Source of the DNA: Calditrichia bacterium
GTDB lineage: Bacteria > Calditrichota > Calditrichia > JAJRVZ01
Assembly (NCBI GenBank): GCA_963796965.1
Contig: CAWCNS010000011.1
Coordinates: forward strand, 672,001 to 736,000
Direction of reading: 5' to 3'
Length of the DNA stretch: 64,000 nt
Under the pieces are notes generated by a model. That model saw nothing but the letters and a program-made list of their open reading frames with translations, was not told the origin of the DNA and searched no databases. The position numbers were made by a program, and so were the translations under genes. Below are positions 30,553 through 40,780 of this stretch, in pieces (the first letter of the stretch is position 1; each line of letters opens with the position of its first letter).

Positions 30553-32301
30553 CTATTCAGGACCAAGGAAATATTCTTTTGCACTCGAGAGAGTATCTTC
30601 AGGAGCGATCAGATAGGATATGGTTTTAGCAGGTATCAACTTAGGGGAAATAACGATTTTCTTTGATTCGATATTTTTACCAAACTCGGGAGTATAAATC
30701 CACTCTTCAATTTCAAGGTCGTATTGATCTGAATTAAATATAATAAAACAAACATCATGTCCTGCGGATAAGCGAATTTCTCCATCAATAACATCTATAT
30801 GGCATTTCGGATTTGGATGAATGATTGATTGCAATGAATCTAATTGTTTTGTTTTAACCTTATCCCGGATGAGTATATATTTATTTTCGATTATTCTTAC
30901 TTCCCGATGATGTTCATATAATCGGCTACGTAATAGATTGTTCTCATATTTTCCCTGAAAAATTAAAATATTGCCATCTTTCTTTACTTCCACCTGGGGA
31001 GATTTTATTCTACGGCCCAAACGGAATGATTTCCAGAATTGTCCTGGCTCTAATTCATTTACATACAATGTATTATGGCCAGTAATGCTTCTTGCCTTTT
31101 GACGCAATTCCGTATCCAAATACTCACCAGGTCCTGAATCAACAATAAATCTTGTACCCTTATAGGAATATTCGTAACTAAACACATCTCCATGAGCATG
31201 ACCTGGTTGATAAACGGCCCCAAGTTTACCCCCATCTATTATCAGATAGTGATCTTGTGTTCTAAAAATATAATAGCCCGAGGAATCAAGCGATTCAATA
31301 TCTGCAAAATCATCCAAGCTAATTGTTTTCTTGAGAATTTGCTCGGTATATTCTTTCAACTGATCAAATCTCAAAGCTATGTTGAATGCGGAATCCCCAA
31401 ACAAGGGTATATTTCCATCAGGCTGAATGATCTTATATAGCCAAACCAACATCTTCGTCGCCTGATCATCCCAATACTCTCTATTAATATGATTTCCATT
31501 CGATTGATAAACTGAACAAAAATTCAAAATATCTAGTATATCTTCCAGAACAATCGAATGATACATGGGCGAGAGTTCGAAATGGCCACCATCAGGCAAT
31601 ATCTGCTCGTTTAATTCTACCTCGAGAATTTTTTGACCTCTTTTTAACCATATATTTTGATTAAAGAATAGACCGGCAATTAATAAAGCTTTGGCATTTT
31701 TAAATAAATGATTAGCACCGATATGAAATTCTATATATTTGGAAAGATAGGCACTTTGATGATAAATACTTTTTATAAAAGTATTTTCAAATTCAAAATC
31801 TTGTTCGATAAACTGATAATTATAGTGATAAAAATAAATCCAATTGACAATTCTGAGAGAAAGTGGGTATGGCTCCCAACCATTTCCAAAACCTATCGGA
31901 TTAGAATTAATCCACTCTTCTATAATACATTTTTTTATCTCATAGATTTCTTTTGACTCATTCTGTTCCTCAGAAATCAGATAATCAAAATAGTGCAAAT
32001 TATATAACCATAATCTTGCTTGGTTCTTATCATTCCAATTGATCAAGTCTGTAAACACAACTTCCTTGTTCAAAAAATTAAAACTTTTAATAGTAAGATT
32101 GTGAGGACTTTGTAGTACAGGCTTTTTGTGAATATTTTTCCCTGGGGCAGGAAGAGGGGATTTTAGTTTTGATATATGACGTATATACCATTTAACTAAC
32201 AGGACTTTTTTTATATGAATTAATATGTAGTAAAAGATTTGATTTAATCTCAAATATCTTAATGTATTCAGATAAAGATTGAGTTTTTTTAAAATATTCA
32301 T
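30553..32301 (-). CDS. Heparinase II/III-family protein
   Basis: LWLYNLHYFDYL, WEPYPLSLRIVNW, ANHLFKNAKAL, EQILPDGGHFELSPMYH, PGHAHGD, HNTL. Confidence 0.88.
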   Translation of the reverse strand: MNILKKLNLYLNTLRYLRLNQIFYYILIHIKKVLLVKWYIRHISKLKSPLPAPGKNIHKKPVLQSPHNLTIKSFNFLNKEVVFTDLINWNDKNQARLWLYNLHYFDYLISEEQNESKEIYEIKKCIIEEWINSNPIGFGNGWEPYPLSLRIVNWIYFYHYNYQFIEQDFEFENTFIKSIYHQSAYLSKYIEFHIGANHLFKNAKALLIAGLFFNQNIWLKRGQKILEVELNEQILPDGGHFELSPMYHSIVLEDILDILNFCSVYQSNGNHINREYWDDQATKMLVWLYKIIQPDGNIPLFGDSAFNIALRFDQLKEYTEQILKKTISLDDFADIESLDSSGYYIFRTQDHYLIIDGGKLGAVYQPGHAHGDVFSYEYSYKGTRFIVDSGPGEYLDTELRQKARSITGHNTLYVNELEPGQFWKSFRLGRRIKSPQVEVKKDGNILIFQGKYENNLLRSRLYEHHREVRIIENKYILIRDKVKTKQLDSLQSIIHPNPKCHIDVIDGEIRLSAGHDVCFIIFNSDQYDLEIEEWIYTPEFGKNIESKKIVISPKLIPAKTISYLIAPEDTLSSAKEYFLGPE

Positions 32302-32359
32302 TCAGTATTTGTGCGTTCTCAATGATTTTAATTTATTCTGCTCCCAGATCGAAGGGGGC

Positions 32360-34519
32360 TTACTCTTCAATTTTTGTGGGTTTTCCCGTTCTTAGGGACT
32401 CAAGAATTTTAAAAGTTGCCAAAGCACCATAATAAACATCCTCAAACGCGTAATGCTTATCATCATTTCCTCTAATCAGATCAACAAAGAATTTAATTTC
32501 AGATTGTTGACCTTTATCCTGGTTTGCCAACCTAATTCGTTTCTTTTTCGATGCGCCATAAAGATATAACTCTTTAAAATCTACTAATTTTGCAGATTTA
32601 TCATCAGAAAAAACCTCGACATATTCTTTCTCCATGGCCGAATCACCATTTGCAGTATAAATAATCGTCCCTAAACTTCCATTCTTAAATTTTAGCATTG
32701 TTGAAATATTATCCTCTACTACCTGATCATTATGATTTAAGGATAAACCGGAAGTAAAAACTTCGATTGGAATCGAGTTAGTAAGAAAGATCATGTAATC
32801 AATAAAATGACAAACTTCTCCAATAATTCTTCCTCCGCCTACTCCAGGGTCCTGTACCCAATGATCTTTTGGTATGAAACCTGCATTTACGCGATAGATT
32901 ATATTCTTTGGTGCGTCTTCATTCACAAAAAAGTCTTTAAGATTTTGAGATAGAATGGAATATCTGCGATTATAGCCAACCATTAATATATTTGGTTTTT
33001 CCAGGTAGGCATCTTTAATCGCCATTAATTCAGCTATGGATAGTGCTAATGGTTTTTCAACAAAAACATGTTTTCCCGATTTTATTGAGGCAATAATCTG
33101 TTCAGCATGAAGGTTATGTCTTGTTGTGATAAAGACTGTATTGATTTTTTTGTTTTTAAGCAATTCCTTATAATCTGTAGTAATAATTTCAGCATTATAT
33201 TTTTTTGCTGTATCTTCTGCGGAAATGCCTGTGCCTGTAGCAACGCCATGTATATCAATTCCTGAATAATTTTTTAGATTTGGGTATAACATGCTCCCTG
33301 CATAATTACCTGCACCAATCAATCCTACCACAATATCCGATCCCGGTTTTTTAATAGGACTAGATTTTACCCTTACCATTCTTTCATGATTACGCTTCTT
33401 ATCATATTCAAACAGGACACCCAAATAATTGTTATTACCTTTTAATATCTTATCATAGATATCAAGTGCCTTTTCAAACTTAAATTTGTGTGATGTTAAA
33501 CTTTTAACATTTAATTTGCCCTGTGCAATTAATTTCAAAACAGCCTGCATATTTCTCTGTTCGGTCCAGCGAACATAGGCATAAGGATAATCCTGTCCCC
33601 TCTCCTCATAAAAAGGATCATATCTTCCCGGTCCATAAGACATTGAAAGTCTCAGGTCCAGCTCTTTCATGTAATAAGCATTTCTTGGAACATTCATTGG
33701 AATCATACCGACAGCTATTACTTTACCTTTATGCCTGGCAAGATCGGCAGCAAATTCAATGGGTTCGTTACTTTTTGAACTTGCTGTTATAATAACTGCA
33801 TCCACACCCTGATTCTGAGTAATTGCATCAACCTGGTTCAGCAGATCGTAACGATTACCTACCAAGCCATAATCAATTCCTAAATTCTTAGCCATTTTGA
33901 CTTTTGAAGGATCTAAATCATTACCTATTACGACACACCCGTTTGCCTTTAATAGTTGAACCGAAATCAATCCGAGTAAACCCAAGCCCATCACATAAAC
34001 AATATCGCCCAAACTAGGCTCAGCCTGCCTCACACCTTGCAGGGCAATAGCACTAAGTGTCGTATAGGCTCCCTCTTCAAAGGAAACGCTATCAGGTATC
34101 TTAACTGCAAGATTTTTAGGAACATAATTTATTTCAGCATGATTTGCATAACCCGCACCAGCACAGGCTACACGATCTCCAACCTGATAATCACCTCCAT
34201 CTTCACCTACTTCAAGTATAATTCCTGAGCATGAATAACCTAAAGGCTTTGGTTCTTCGAGCTTATTCATTACTTTTTTATAGGTTGTTCTAAGTCCTTC
34301 TTTCTTAACTTTACTGATCACTTGTTGTACCTGATCCGGTCGCTCTTTTGCTTTGCCAAGCATGCTTTTTCGTGCTAAGTCCAGCATCATTTTTTCAGTA
34401 CCGATGCTTATGAGTGAATTGACTGTTTTTACTAATACGCCTCCTGCTTGTGCGTAAGGTGCAGGAACTTCCTTCAGGTCCATTTGACCATTTTTAAAAT
34501 TTTGAATAATTTGTTTCAT
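32360..34519 (-). CDS. Bi-domain oxidoreductase (Zn-ADH/MDR-like + Gfo/Idh/MocA)
   Basis: SLISIGTE, PLGYSCSG, GLGLLG, SYGPGRYD..YE, RWTEQRN; second domain GAGNYA, TRHNLH, VEKP, GYNRR, GEVCHFID. Confidence 0.9.
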   Translation of the reverse strand: MKQIIQNFKNGQMDLKEVPAPYAQAGGVLVKTVNSLISIGTEKMMLDLARKSMLGKAKERPDQVQQVISKVKKEGLRTTYKKVMNKLEEPKPLGYSCSGIILEVGEDGGDYQVGDRVACAGAGYANHAEINYVPKNLAVKIPDSVSFEEGAYTTLSAIALQGVRQAEPSLGDIVYVMGLGLLGLISVQLLKANGCVVIGNDLDPSKVKMAKNLGIDYGLVGNRYDLLNQVDAITQNQGVDAVIITASSKSNEPIEFAADLARHKGKVIAVGMIPMNVPRNAYYMKELDLRLSMSYGPGRYDPFYEERGQDYPYAYVRWTEQRNMQAVLKLIAQGKLNVKSLTSHKFKFEKALDIYDKILKGNNNYLGVLFEYDKKRNHERMVRVKSSPIKKPGSDIVVGLIGAGNYAGSMLYPNLKNYSGIDIHGVATGTGISAEDTAKKYNAEIITTDYKELLKNKKINTVFITTRHNLHAEQIIASIKSGKHVFVEKPLALSIAELMAIKDAYLEKPNILMVGYNRRYSILSQNLKDFFVNEDAPKNIIYRVNAGFIPKDHWVQDPGVGGGRIIGEVCHFIDYMIFLTNSIPIEVFTSGLSLNHNDQVVEDNISTMLKFKNGSLGTIIYTANGDSAMEKEYVEVFSDDKSAKLVDFKELYLYGASKKKRIRLANQDKGQQSEIKFFVDLIRGNDDKHYAFEDVYYGALATFKILESLRTGKPTKIEE

Positions 34520-34773
34520 CTTAGCTTTCTGTTTTAGTTAAAATTTATTCATTGCCATAAAAATAATAGATGATGTTTGACAAATCAGTTTGATCTTCCG
34601 AAATTCGCCATACTGCTCCTGAACATTTCAACAGGATCATTGAATTAAAGAAATTAAAATCTATAAAATATAATTTATTTCTCTATAGATTTCTTAATTT
34701 AACAAAAACAATTAAATATCTCATCAAAATTATCTTCTCATTTGAAAATGGATTTACTCAGGTAAACAACTAA

Positions 34774-35817
34774 ATGCAATCAAAACATATACACTATTTA
34801 ATGACTCATGGATTGGGTGACATAGTAACTGTAATACCTGTGCTGAATCGATTACTTGCATCTCCCTCTATAAGCCTCTCAATTACAGTAAAAAGTAGAT
34901 TAGAAGCAGATTTAATTACTTTATTGTGCCTTCATACGGATATCAAATTTATTTATTTTCAAGAAATTATAGCATCTAGAAATTTTATTAGATCCTTTAT
35001 ATCTTTAGCCAGACGAATACGAAACATGAAACCTGATATAATCATTGCCCAATTTGGTGTCGACTCCAAAAAATCAAGTTTACTCTCACTCTTTTCAGGT
35101 GCAAAAATTCGTATTGGCTGGGAGGGAACTTTTTCGTTTTTAAATACAAAAACCTTATCCCCAACAGATCAACACAAAATTGATGAAAACCTTAGAGTGC
35201 TTAGTGGCTTTTATAATGATTTTGATAATCTTCCGGCGGAATATCCGGAATATCTCTCCACAGATGATAAAATTAAACAATCCCCTATTAACAGGCTCAT
35301 ACAAAAGAGTTTTACCAATATTGTCATTAGTCCAGGATCGGGAGAGGTGGAGAAGCATAAACGATGGCCATCAAAAAATTTCAGTTCCTTAATAAATCAG
35401 ATTTTATCAAAACATGAGCATATTTCTGTTTTCTTGGTTGGTTCACAAGCAGAACGAGATCTTTGCAAAGATATTTTAAACAACTGTGATCATAATCAAA
35501 ATATTCATAATGTCGCCGGTCAGACGAGCATCAGAGAATTATTAGAATTGCTTAACAGAGCGGATCTCACAATTGCCAACTGTAATGGTGTGTCACATCT
35601 TGCCTGTACAACCAAAAGTCGCATCATAGGTCTTTATGGTCCAACAGATTATCGAATTACCGGGCCAAAATCGCCAACATTTACTCCTGTTACAGCAGGA
35701 TTAGAATGTGCTCCCTGTTATGCAAAAGACTATCTAACTGGATGTGGAAATCCTATTTGTATGGAAAAAATAGAACCAGAGAAGGTGGCTAAAATTGTCA
35801 CTGATATATTAAAGTGA
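34774..35817 (+). CDS. GT9 (heptosyltransferase-like) glycosyltransferase, antisense to the locus
   Basis: GLGDIV, ISPGSG..KRWP..NF, AGQTSIREL, HLAC...IGLYGPTD, CAPC..GC..IC. Confidence 0.85.
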   Translation: MQSKHIHYLMTHGLGDIVTVIPVLNRLLASPSISLSITVKSRLEADLITLLCLHTDIKFIYFQEIIASRNFIRSFISLARRIRNMKPDIIIAQFGVDSKKSSLLSLFSGAKIRIGWEGTFSFLNTKTLSPTDQHKIDENLRVLSGFYNDFDNLPAEYPEYLSTDDKIKQSPINRLIQKSFTNIVISPGSGEVEKHKRWPSKNFSSLINQILSKHEHISVFLVGSQAERDLCKDILNNCDHNQNIHNVAGQTSIRELLELLNRADLTIANCNGVSHLACTTKSRIIGLYGPTDYRITGPKSPTFTPVTAGLECAPCYAKDYLTGCGNPICMEKIEPEKVAKIVTDILK

Positions 35818-37083
35818 TTTTAATTCTTTATGACTGTAGAGTGTATTGATTATTTGGAATACAAATATAAATAATATAAAAATGGCCGACATTTCATAGA
35901 GAGATAGTGTTGTAAAATACTGGCCGTAGAAACTCATCATGCATAGGGTCAGGAAGATAAAATTTAGGTAAGGGATGACCGGATTCCTTTTTTTATAACT
36001 TAGATAATAAAATAGATAAGAAAGAACGGCTAGCAAGGTCGTCATAAAAACAGTAAAAACGTATCCGCCGATCATATAATATAAACCGAAACTCGTGCCA
36101 ACATTTGAGGTTATTCCCGGCGCAGTCTCTAAAAACCCATGCCCTACATAGGGGATCAGATCAATACGTGATGGATCTCCCATCACTACTCTAAAGGTAT
36201 TGATAAAAACTATTAACAATGTCCAGTCTGGTTTAACCAATGGCCAATCCAACCATCTATCCAAAAGAATTGGTCCGGAGACGAAATAATTAATTGAATT
36301 ATTAATCAGATAGTCTCTTACACCTTCATTCTGTAGAGAAAAGGTTCCCCAGGCAAAAGTGAGACTTATCCAAAAAACATTCATCATCAAAAAAACCAAA
36401 ACACTTATATTGCCGACACCCTTTAATTGCTGAGAGAGTTTTTTAGGTAAATTCAGATACAAGAATCCAATGATCATTAACCAAATCAAATGATATTTTA
36501 TTTGTAAAAAGGCAACTGATATAAATAGACCGGCCAAAGCTATAATGATATAGATCTTTCTTTTTGAATGTGGGTAAATAAAAAATAATAATAGAAAACA
36601 TACCTTTGCGACTTGGGCCATATGAGCAACAGGTCCAGTAATCATCATTTCCTCAAATCGCTCATCGCCAAAAAACCACCAACCACCAAATTGGTTTATC
36701 AGACTATAGACCCGATAAAAAATAATTAAAGACAATATTCCAGAAAGAATTATTAGAAAATATTGATACCGGACAAATGGTTTGAAGACAGATTTGAAGT
36801 CTAAGGAAAGTGATGTAATACCCTTTATGTGATAAATATTTGAAAAAATGAATCCAACTAACCAGATGATAACAAGATTGATTAAAATAAACGCATGAAC
36901 ACGTAAGGTCATCGGTGGAAATTGAAGAAAGCCCAGCAGAAAGTTTGTGACCAATGATATGATTACAAAGGGCCAGGCGGCAACACTAAAAGGTGTAATA
37001 ATGGTTTTCAATCTTCTGGCGTCATAGATCGTAAGTGATAATATGGCAAGAAAAAACACCAAACTGGGAAGCTGTACAGTCAT
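35809..37083 (-). CDS. wzy: Putative O-antigen/polysaccharide polymerase (Wzy-like)
   Basis: About 11 TM helices, a periplasmic loop with SNVGTSF.YY..GG, and position next to wzx and the GTs. Confidence 0.6.
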   Translation of the reverse strand: MTVQLPSLVFFLAILSLTIYDARRLKTIITPFSVAAWPFVIISLVTNFLLGFLQFPPMTLRVHAFILINLVIIWLVGFIFSNIYHIKGITSLSLDFKSVFKPFVRYQYFLIILSGILSLIIFYRVYSLINQFGGWWFFGDERFEEMMITGPVAHMAQVAKVCFLLLFFIYPHSKRKIYIIIALAGLFISVAFLQIKYHLIWLMIIGFLYLNLPKKLSQQLKGVGNISVLVFLMMNVFWISLTFAWGTFSLQNEGVRDYLINNSINYFVSGPILLDRWLDWPLVKPDWTLLIVFINTFRVVMGDPSRIDLIPYVGHGFLETAPGITSNVGTSFGLYYMIGGYVFTVFMTTLLAVLSYLFYYLSYKKRNPVIPYLNFIFLTLCMMSFYGQYFTTLSLYEMSAIFILFIFVFQIINTLYSHKELKSL

Positions 37084-37226
37084 ATATATCTAACCCTTAA
37101 CCTACAATAATAAACAAACAGTATAATTAGAATATTGATTAAACAAATTTAATTTTGGCCAAGGATCTCATTATAAAAAATACCCCTTGGGAGATAAACA
37201 TTGCCCTTTTGCCTTTTACTGGTATA

Positions 37227-38291
37227 TCACCACAATTTCAACTCAGTGTATATTTCTTCAACAGTCTCTTTCTGAACGTCAATTAATTTTCCGGAATATT
37301 TATACAGTTTTTTTATTAAATAAAGTGTGCGCTTCAAGGATACCCGATACTTAATCCATAATAGAAATATGAAGTAATTTAAAGTAAAGAATCTCCAAAT
37401 ATACCATACAAACTTTGGGTAATAATCTTTAAGATCCACAGTCCGGTTTAGGGCGAAAAGAAAGGTCCGTCGTTCATAATTTTTCATTAATTTATTTACA
37501 GAACTACCAACTTTATGATAAACACAGCTTCCCCCTGAACAAACCATTTGCATGTGGTTTTTTTTCATACGCATGCTAAACTCAAAATCCTCCTCTCCAT
37601 GGAAGAATTTGTCTGACAGATTTCCAAACTTCCCAATCACACTTGCACGTACAAATAATGCACAACCATTTACAAAAGAGATCTTTCTTACTTCATCTCT
37701 CTCAATCGATTTAAAATGCTTTGTCTGCCCCCATACTAATATTTTCCCACCTGCATTTATAATTTTCTTCTCATCATAGCTGTATATTGTTGATTGGGAC
37801 ACCTGAATAGTATTATTAGATATCATTAGGTTTACAAGATCTGATATAGCGCTTTTGTCGATGACTGTATCATTATTGAGTAAAAAATAAAACTGACTCT
37901 TAAACAGCCTTTCAGCAATATCCATCCCCTGATTATTTGCTAAAGCAAATCCGATATTTTCTTTGTTTTTAACAAATAATATGGATTTATTCTCAAGACT
38001 TAATTTCGAATTTGGAGAGGAATCCAAGTCAAAATAATTATAAAGTTGAATTGGTTTATCTACCAGGGGAAATACAAATTCAGGGTACAGCGTATCGATA
38101 GTCAATTCTGAATTCCCGTTTACCCAATCTTCGATTCTTTGAAGAGAATTGTCCGATGAGCCATTGTCAATTAAAATAATATTATAATTATCATATGTCG
38201 ATTTCAGCAGACTCTCAATACATTCAATTGTATCCTCCCATCCATTCCAATTTAGCACTATTATCGTGACATGTGGATTAACTTGAGACAT
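37227..38291 (-). CDS. GT2 glycosyltransferase
   Basis: IIVLNWNGWEDTIECIESL, DNGSSD, NIGFALANN, LLNNDT, FFHGEEDFEF, HKVGSS. Confidence 0.9.
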   Translation of the reverse strand: MSQVNPHVTIIVLNWNGWEDTIECIESLLKSTYDNYNIILIDNGSSDNSLQRIEDWVNGNSELTIDTLYPEFVFPLVDKPIQLYNYFDLDSSPNSKLSLENKSILFVKNKENIGFALANNQGMDIAERLFKSQFYFLLNNDTVIDKSAISDLVNLMISNNTIQVSQSTIYSYDEKKIINAGGKILVWGQTKHFKSIERDEVRKISFVNGCALFVRASVIGKFGNLSDKFFHGEEDFEFSMRMKKNHMQMVCSGGSCVYHKVGSSVNKLMKNYERRTFLFALNRTVDLKDYYPKFVWYIWRFFTLNYFIFLLWIKYRVSLKRTLYLIKKLYKYSGKLIDVQKETVEEIYTELKLW

Positions 38292-39581
38292 CAGTTCCAT
38301 CCCATTTTATCGGACTTGATGAAATAAACCAAATCATTATTATGAGTAAAAAGAACTCCGCAAGAAGAAAAGCAATCCCGGCACCCATGGCACCCATCAG
38401 ATATGAGAGGAATGAACATAATACAAGATTAATTAGCCCCACAGTTATAACACTATATGAAAATTGCTTTTTCATACCATAATTGGTCATAAAGATAATA
38501 CCAACAACAAAATTAATAACTCCAAATAGTATAACCGGAGATGCAATCTTCATTATTTTTGACGTCGCCTCGAATCCCTCACCAAATGCAAGTAATGTGA
38601 TTGCATCAGAAAAAATAAAAATCCCCAATGCAACACTACCAGCCAAGACACTGATAAAGGCAATCGTGTATTTAATCACGCGGAGACTTTGTGAGTGTGA
38701 CGTTTTTGTTATTCTTGATATATAGGGATAAAAAGCCTGTGTAAGGGGATTAAAAGTCCCCTGAATACGCTTTGATGATTTTTTCTCCAGCGCTGTATAT
38801 CCCAACAGATGCATCATTAACAAAAAAACTCAATATCAACACATTTGAATTTCGATATAGATTTGCAAATATATTAGATATATACAATTGTCTATCCTGT
38901 CTAAGAAATATCGGCAATTCTAACGGAATAGAACTGTTAAATTTTATTCCAAACTTAAGATACATCAACCCCAGGCTTATGGTTCCTCCCAATAACATCG
39001 AACTGCTATATAAGATGGGTACCAGAATAAAGTCTTCTTCGGAGCGGAGTAAAAGAAAAATTAGAATTACATAAATGGAGCGATAAGTAAAACTTAACGT
39101 ACTGATAAATTTTACTTTTTCGCATCCTGTATAAAACCAGGGTGCTAAAAATATTGTGGCTGTTGTACTGAAAAAATAGAAAATAAATATATTTTTATAG
39201 GCAGCAAAAGGAGGATAGAGACTAAAAACAAGGAACATGAGGATAAAACAACAGGCATTGATTGTCAACTGTATGGTGAATACATTTTTTATAATTCTAG
39301 ATCCTGCATTTACATCTTTCTGATTTTGGGAGACATGTTGAACCCCGGATATGCTATAACCATAATCCGTTATTATCCACAAATAATAGGTTAAAGCTTG
39401 TGCAATACTGAGGATCCCGAATTTTTCCGGACCGATGATTCTGACAATATAGGGGATTGTGATCAGAGGTACGAGATAATTTATTACCTGGAATAATCCA
39501 AAATTGGCAAAATTTACTGATAGACTTTCTTTGCTCCGAAACGGCGACAATTGAATTAAGTTTTTTTCTGATCTTATTCAA
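38278..39581 (-). CDS. wzx: Wzx flippase (frameshifts near 39520 and 38760)
   Basis: QVINYLVPLITIPYIVRIIGPEKFG, ITDYG, VGIYSAGEKIIKA, then PLTQAFYPYIS...GAMGAGIAFLLAE in the next frame. Confidence 0.8.
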
Positions 39582-39586
39582 GAGAG

Positions 39587-40546
39587 CTATCCATTACACT
39601 CTTTTTTAAATTTCTGATAGATAACAATTGAAGCATTTATGCCCAATTGAATGAAGAAACAGAGCATGGCCATAGAGATAATTAGCAGAGCCCTCTTAGG
39701 ACGGCTTTTTCGGTAAGGTGGATAAGCTTGGTCGAGAATTTTTATGTCAGCAAGATTAACCATATTATCAGCAATAAATATTTCCAATTGTTTGCGAAAC
39801 TCAACCAATAATTGCGTTTGTATTTCCAAATTACGGCGCATTCTGATTTGCTCAACCTGGAAGGCAGGCAAGGTCGGATCAGTACTTGTTTCCAAAAAAA
39901 TCATCAAATCGTTCTCAGCTATTTTTAAACTATCTTGAATACCATTAAGCCGATTTTCCAGATAACTGAGTTTCTGACGATATTCTTTTTGGACCTCTGT
40001 TTTTACAATATGATTAAGAACCTCAATAATTTTATCTGCGATCTGGGCTGAAAGAAAAGGATTTTCAGTTGTTATATCCAGATATAGAATATCATTATCT
40101 GCACTGATATTTACAGCAACCGCTCCCTCACGCATCACTTTTAAAACCTTCTCCGATATCTCCCGCTCATCTTCTTCATCAATTTCAAAGAATTCTACCA
40201 GATTTTGTTTTTTCACTTCTCCTTCATGCTCAAATTCATAATCAATATAAATCACCTCATCCAAAAGACGCTTCGAATAAATAATACCCATATACATTTC
40301 CTGGCTTTGGGCCCGGGAACCAGCCCCAATATCGATTCCGGCTAGTTTACCCAAACCACCCAAATTACCCAGCATTCCCTGGGAAAAACTTGCTGCTGAG
40401 GGTAACACTGATACACCAGCTGTATATTCAAGCGGTATTACAAATAAAACAAGCCCAAGCAGAAGGATACAGTATGCCACACCGATATAGATATTTTTTT
40501 TAAGGTGCTTATAAATAAATGATAGAATGGGATATTTGCTGTTCAT
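39587..40546 (-). CDS. Polysaccharide co-polymerase / chain-length regulator (Wzz-like, GNVR; no kinase domain)
   Basis: N- and C-terminal TM helices, YTAGVSVLP, coiled coil, ILDQAYPPYRKSRPKRALL. Confidence 0.8.
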   Translation of the reverse strand: MNSKYPILSFIYKHLKKNIYIGVAYCILLLGLVLFVIPLEYTAGVSVLPSAASFSQGMLGNLGGLGKLAGIDIGAGSRAQSQEMYMGIIYSKRLLDEVIYIDYEFEHEGEVKKQNLVEFFEIDEEDEREISEKVLKVMREGAVAVNISADNDILYLDITTENPFLSAQIADKIIEVLNHIVKTEVQKEYRQKLSYLENRLNGIQDSLKIAENDLMIFLETSTDPTLPAFQVEQIRMRRNLEIQTQLLVEFRKQLEIFIADNMVNLADIKILDQAYPPYRKSRPKRALLIISMAMLCFFIQLGINASIVIYQKFKKECNG

Positions 40547-40555
40547 AATAGATTA

Positions 40556-40712
40556 AGAGACACTCTACAATGTGTCTCTGCCATTTTATTTTTTTGTTCT
40601 ATGGGCGGACCCCATACAATTATATTTTAATTAATTTGATTTGAATATTCCTTGCTGTCTAAAGGATTCTTTTGGAGAATATTGAATATTTTTCGACGCA
40701 ATCAATGCGTCG
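40556..40712. repeat. Three short REP-like hairpins
   Basis: agagacac-tctacaat-gtgtctct (40556-79), tatggg-cggac-cccata (40600-16), cgacgca-atcaa-tgcgtcg (40694-712). Confidence 0.55.
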
Positions 40713-40738
40713 CTATTTTTCTATCTTCACTCTTTTTA

Positions 40739-40780
40739 CTACGCTCTACTCTCCACCCTTAACTCTCTTCTCTCAACGGT
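40739..40780. repeat. Heptamer tandem array (CTACTCT-like) abutting the wza-like stop
   Basis: ctacgct ctactct ccaccct taactct cttctct caacggt. Confidence 0.55.
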
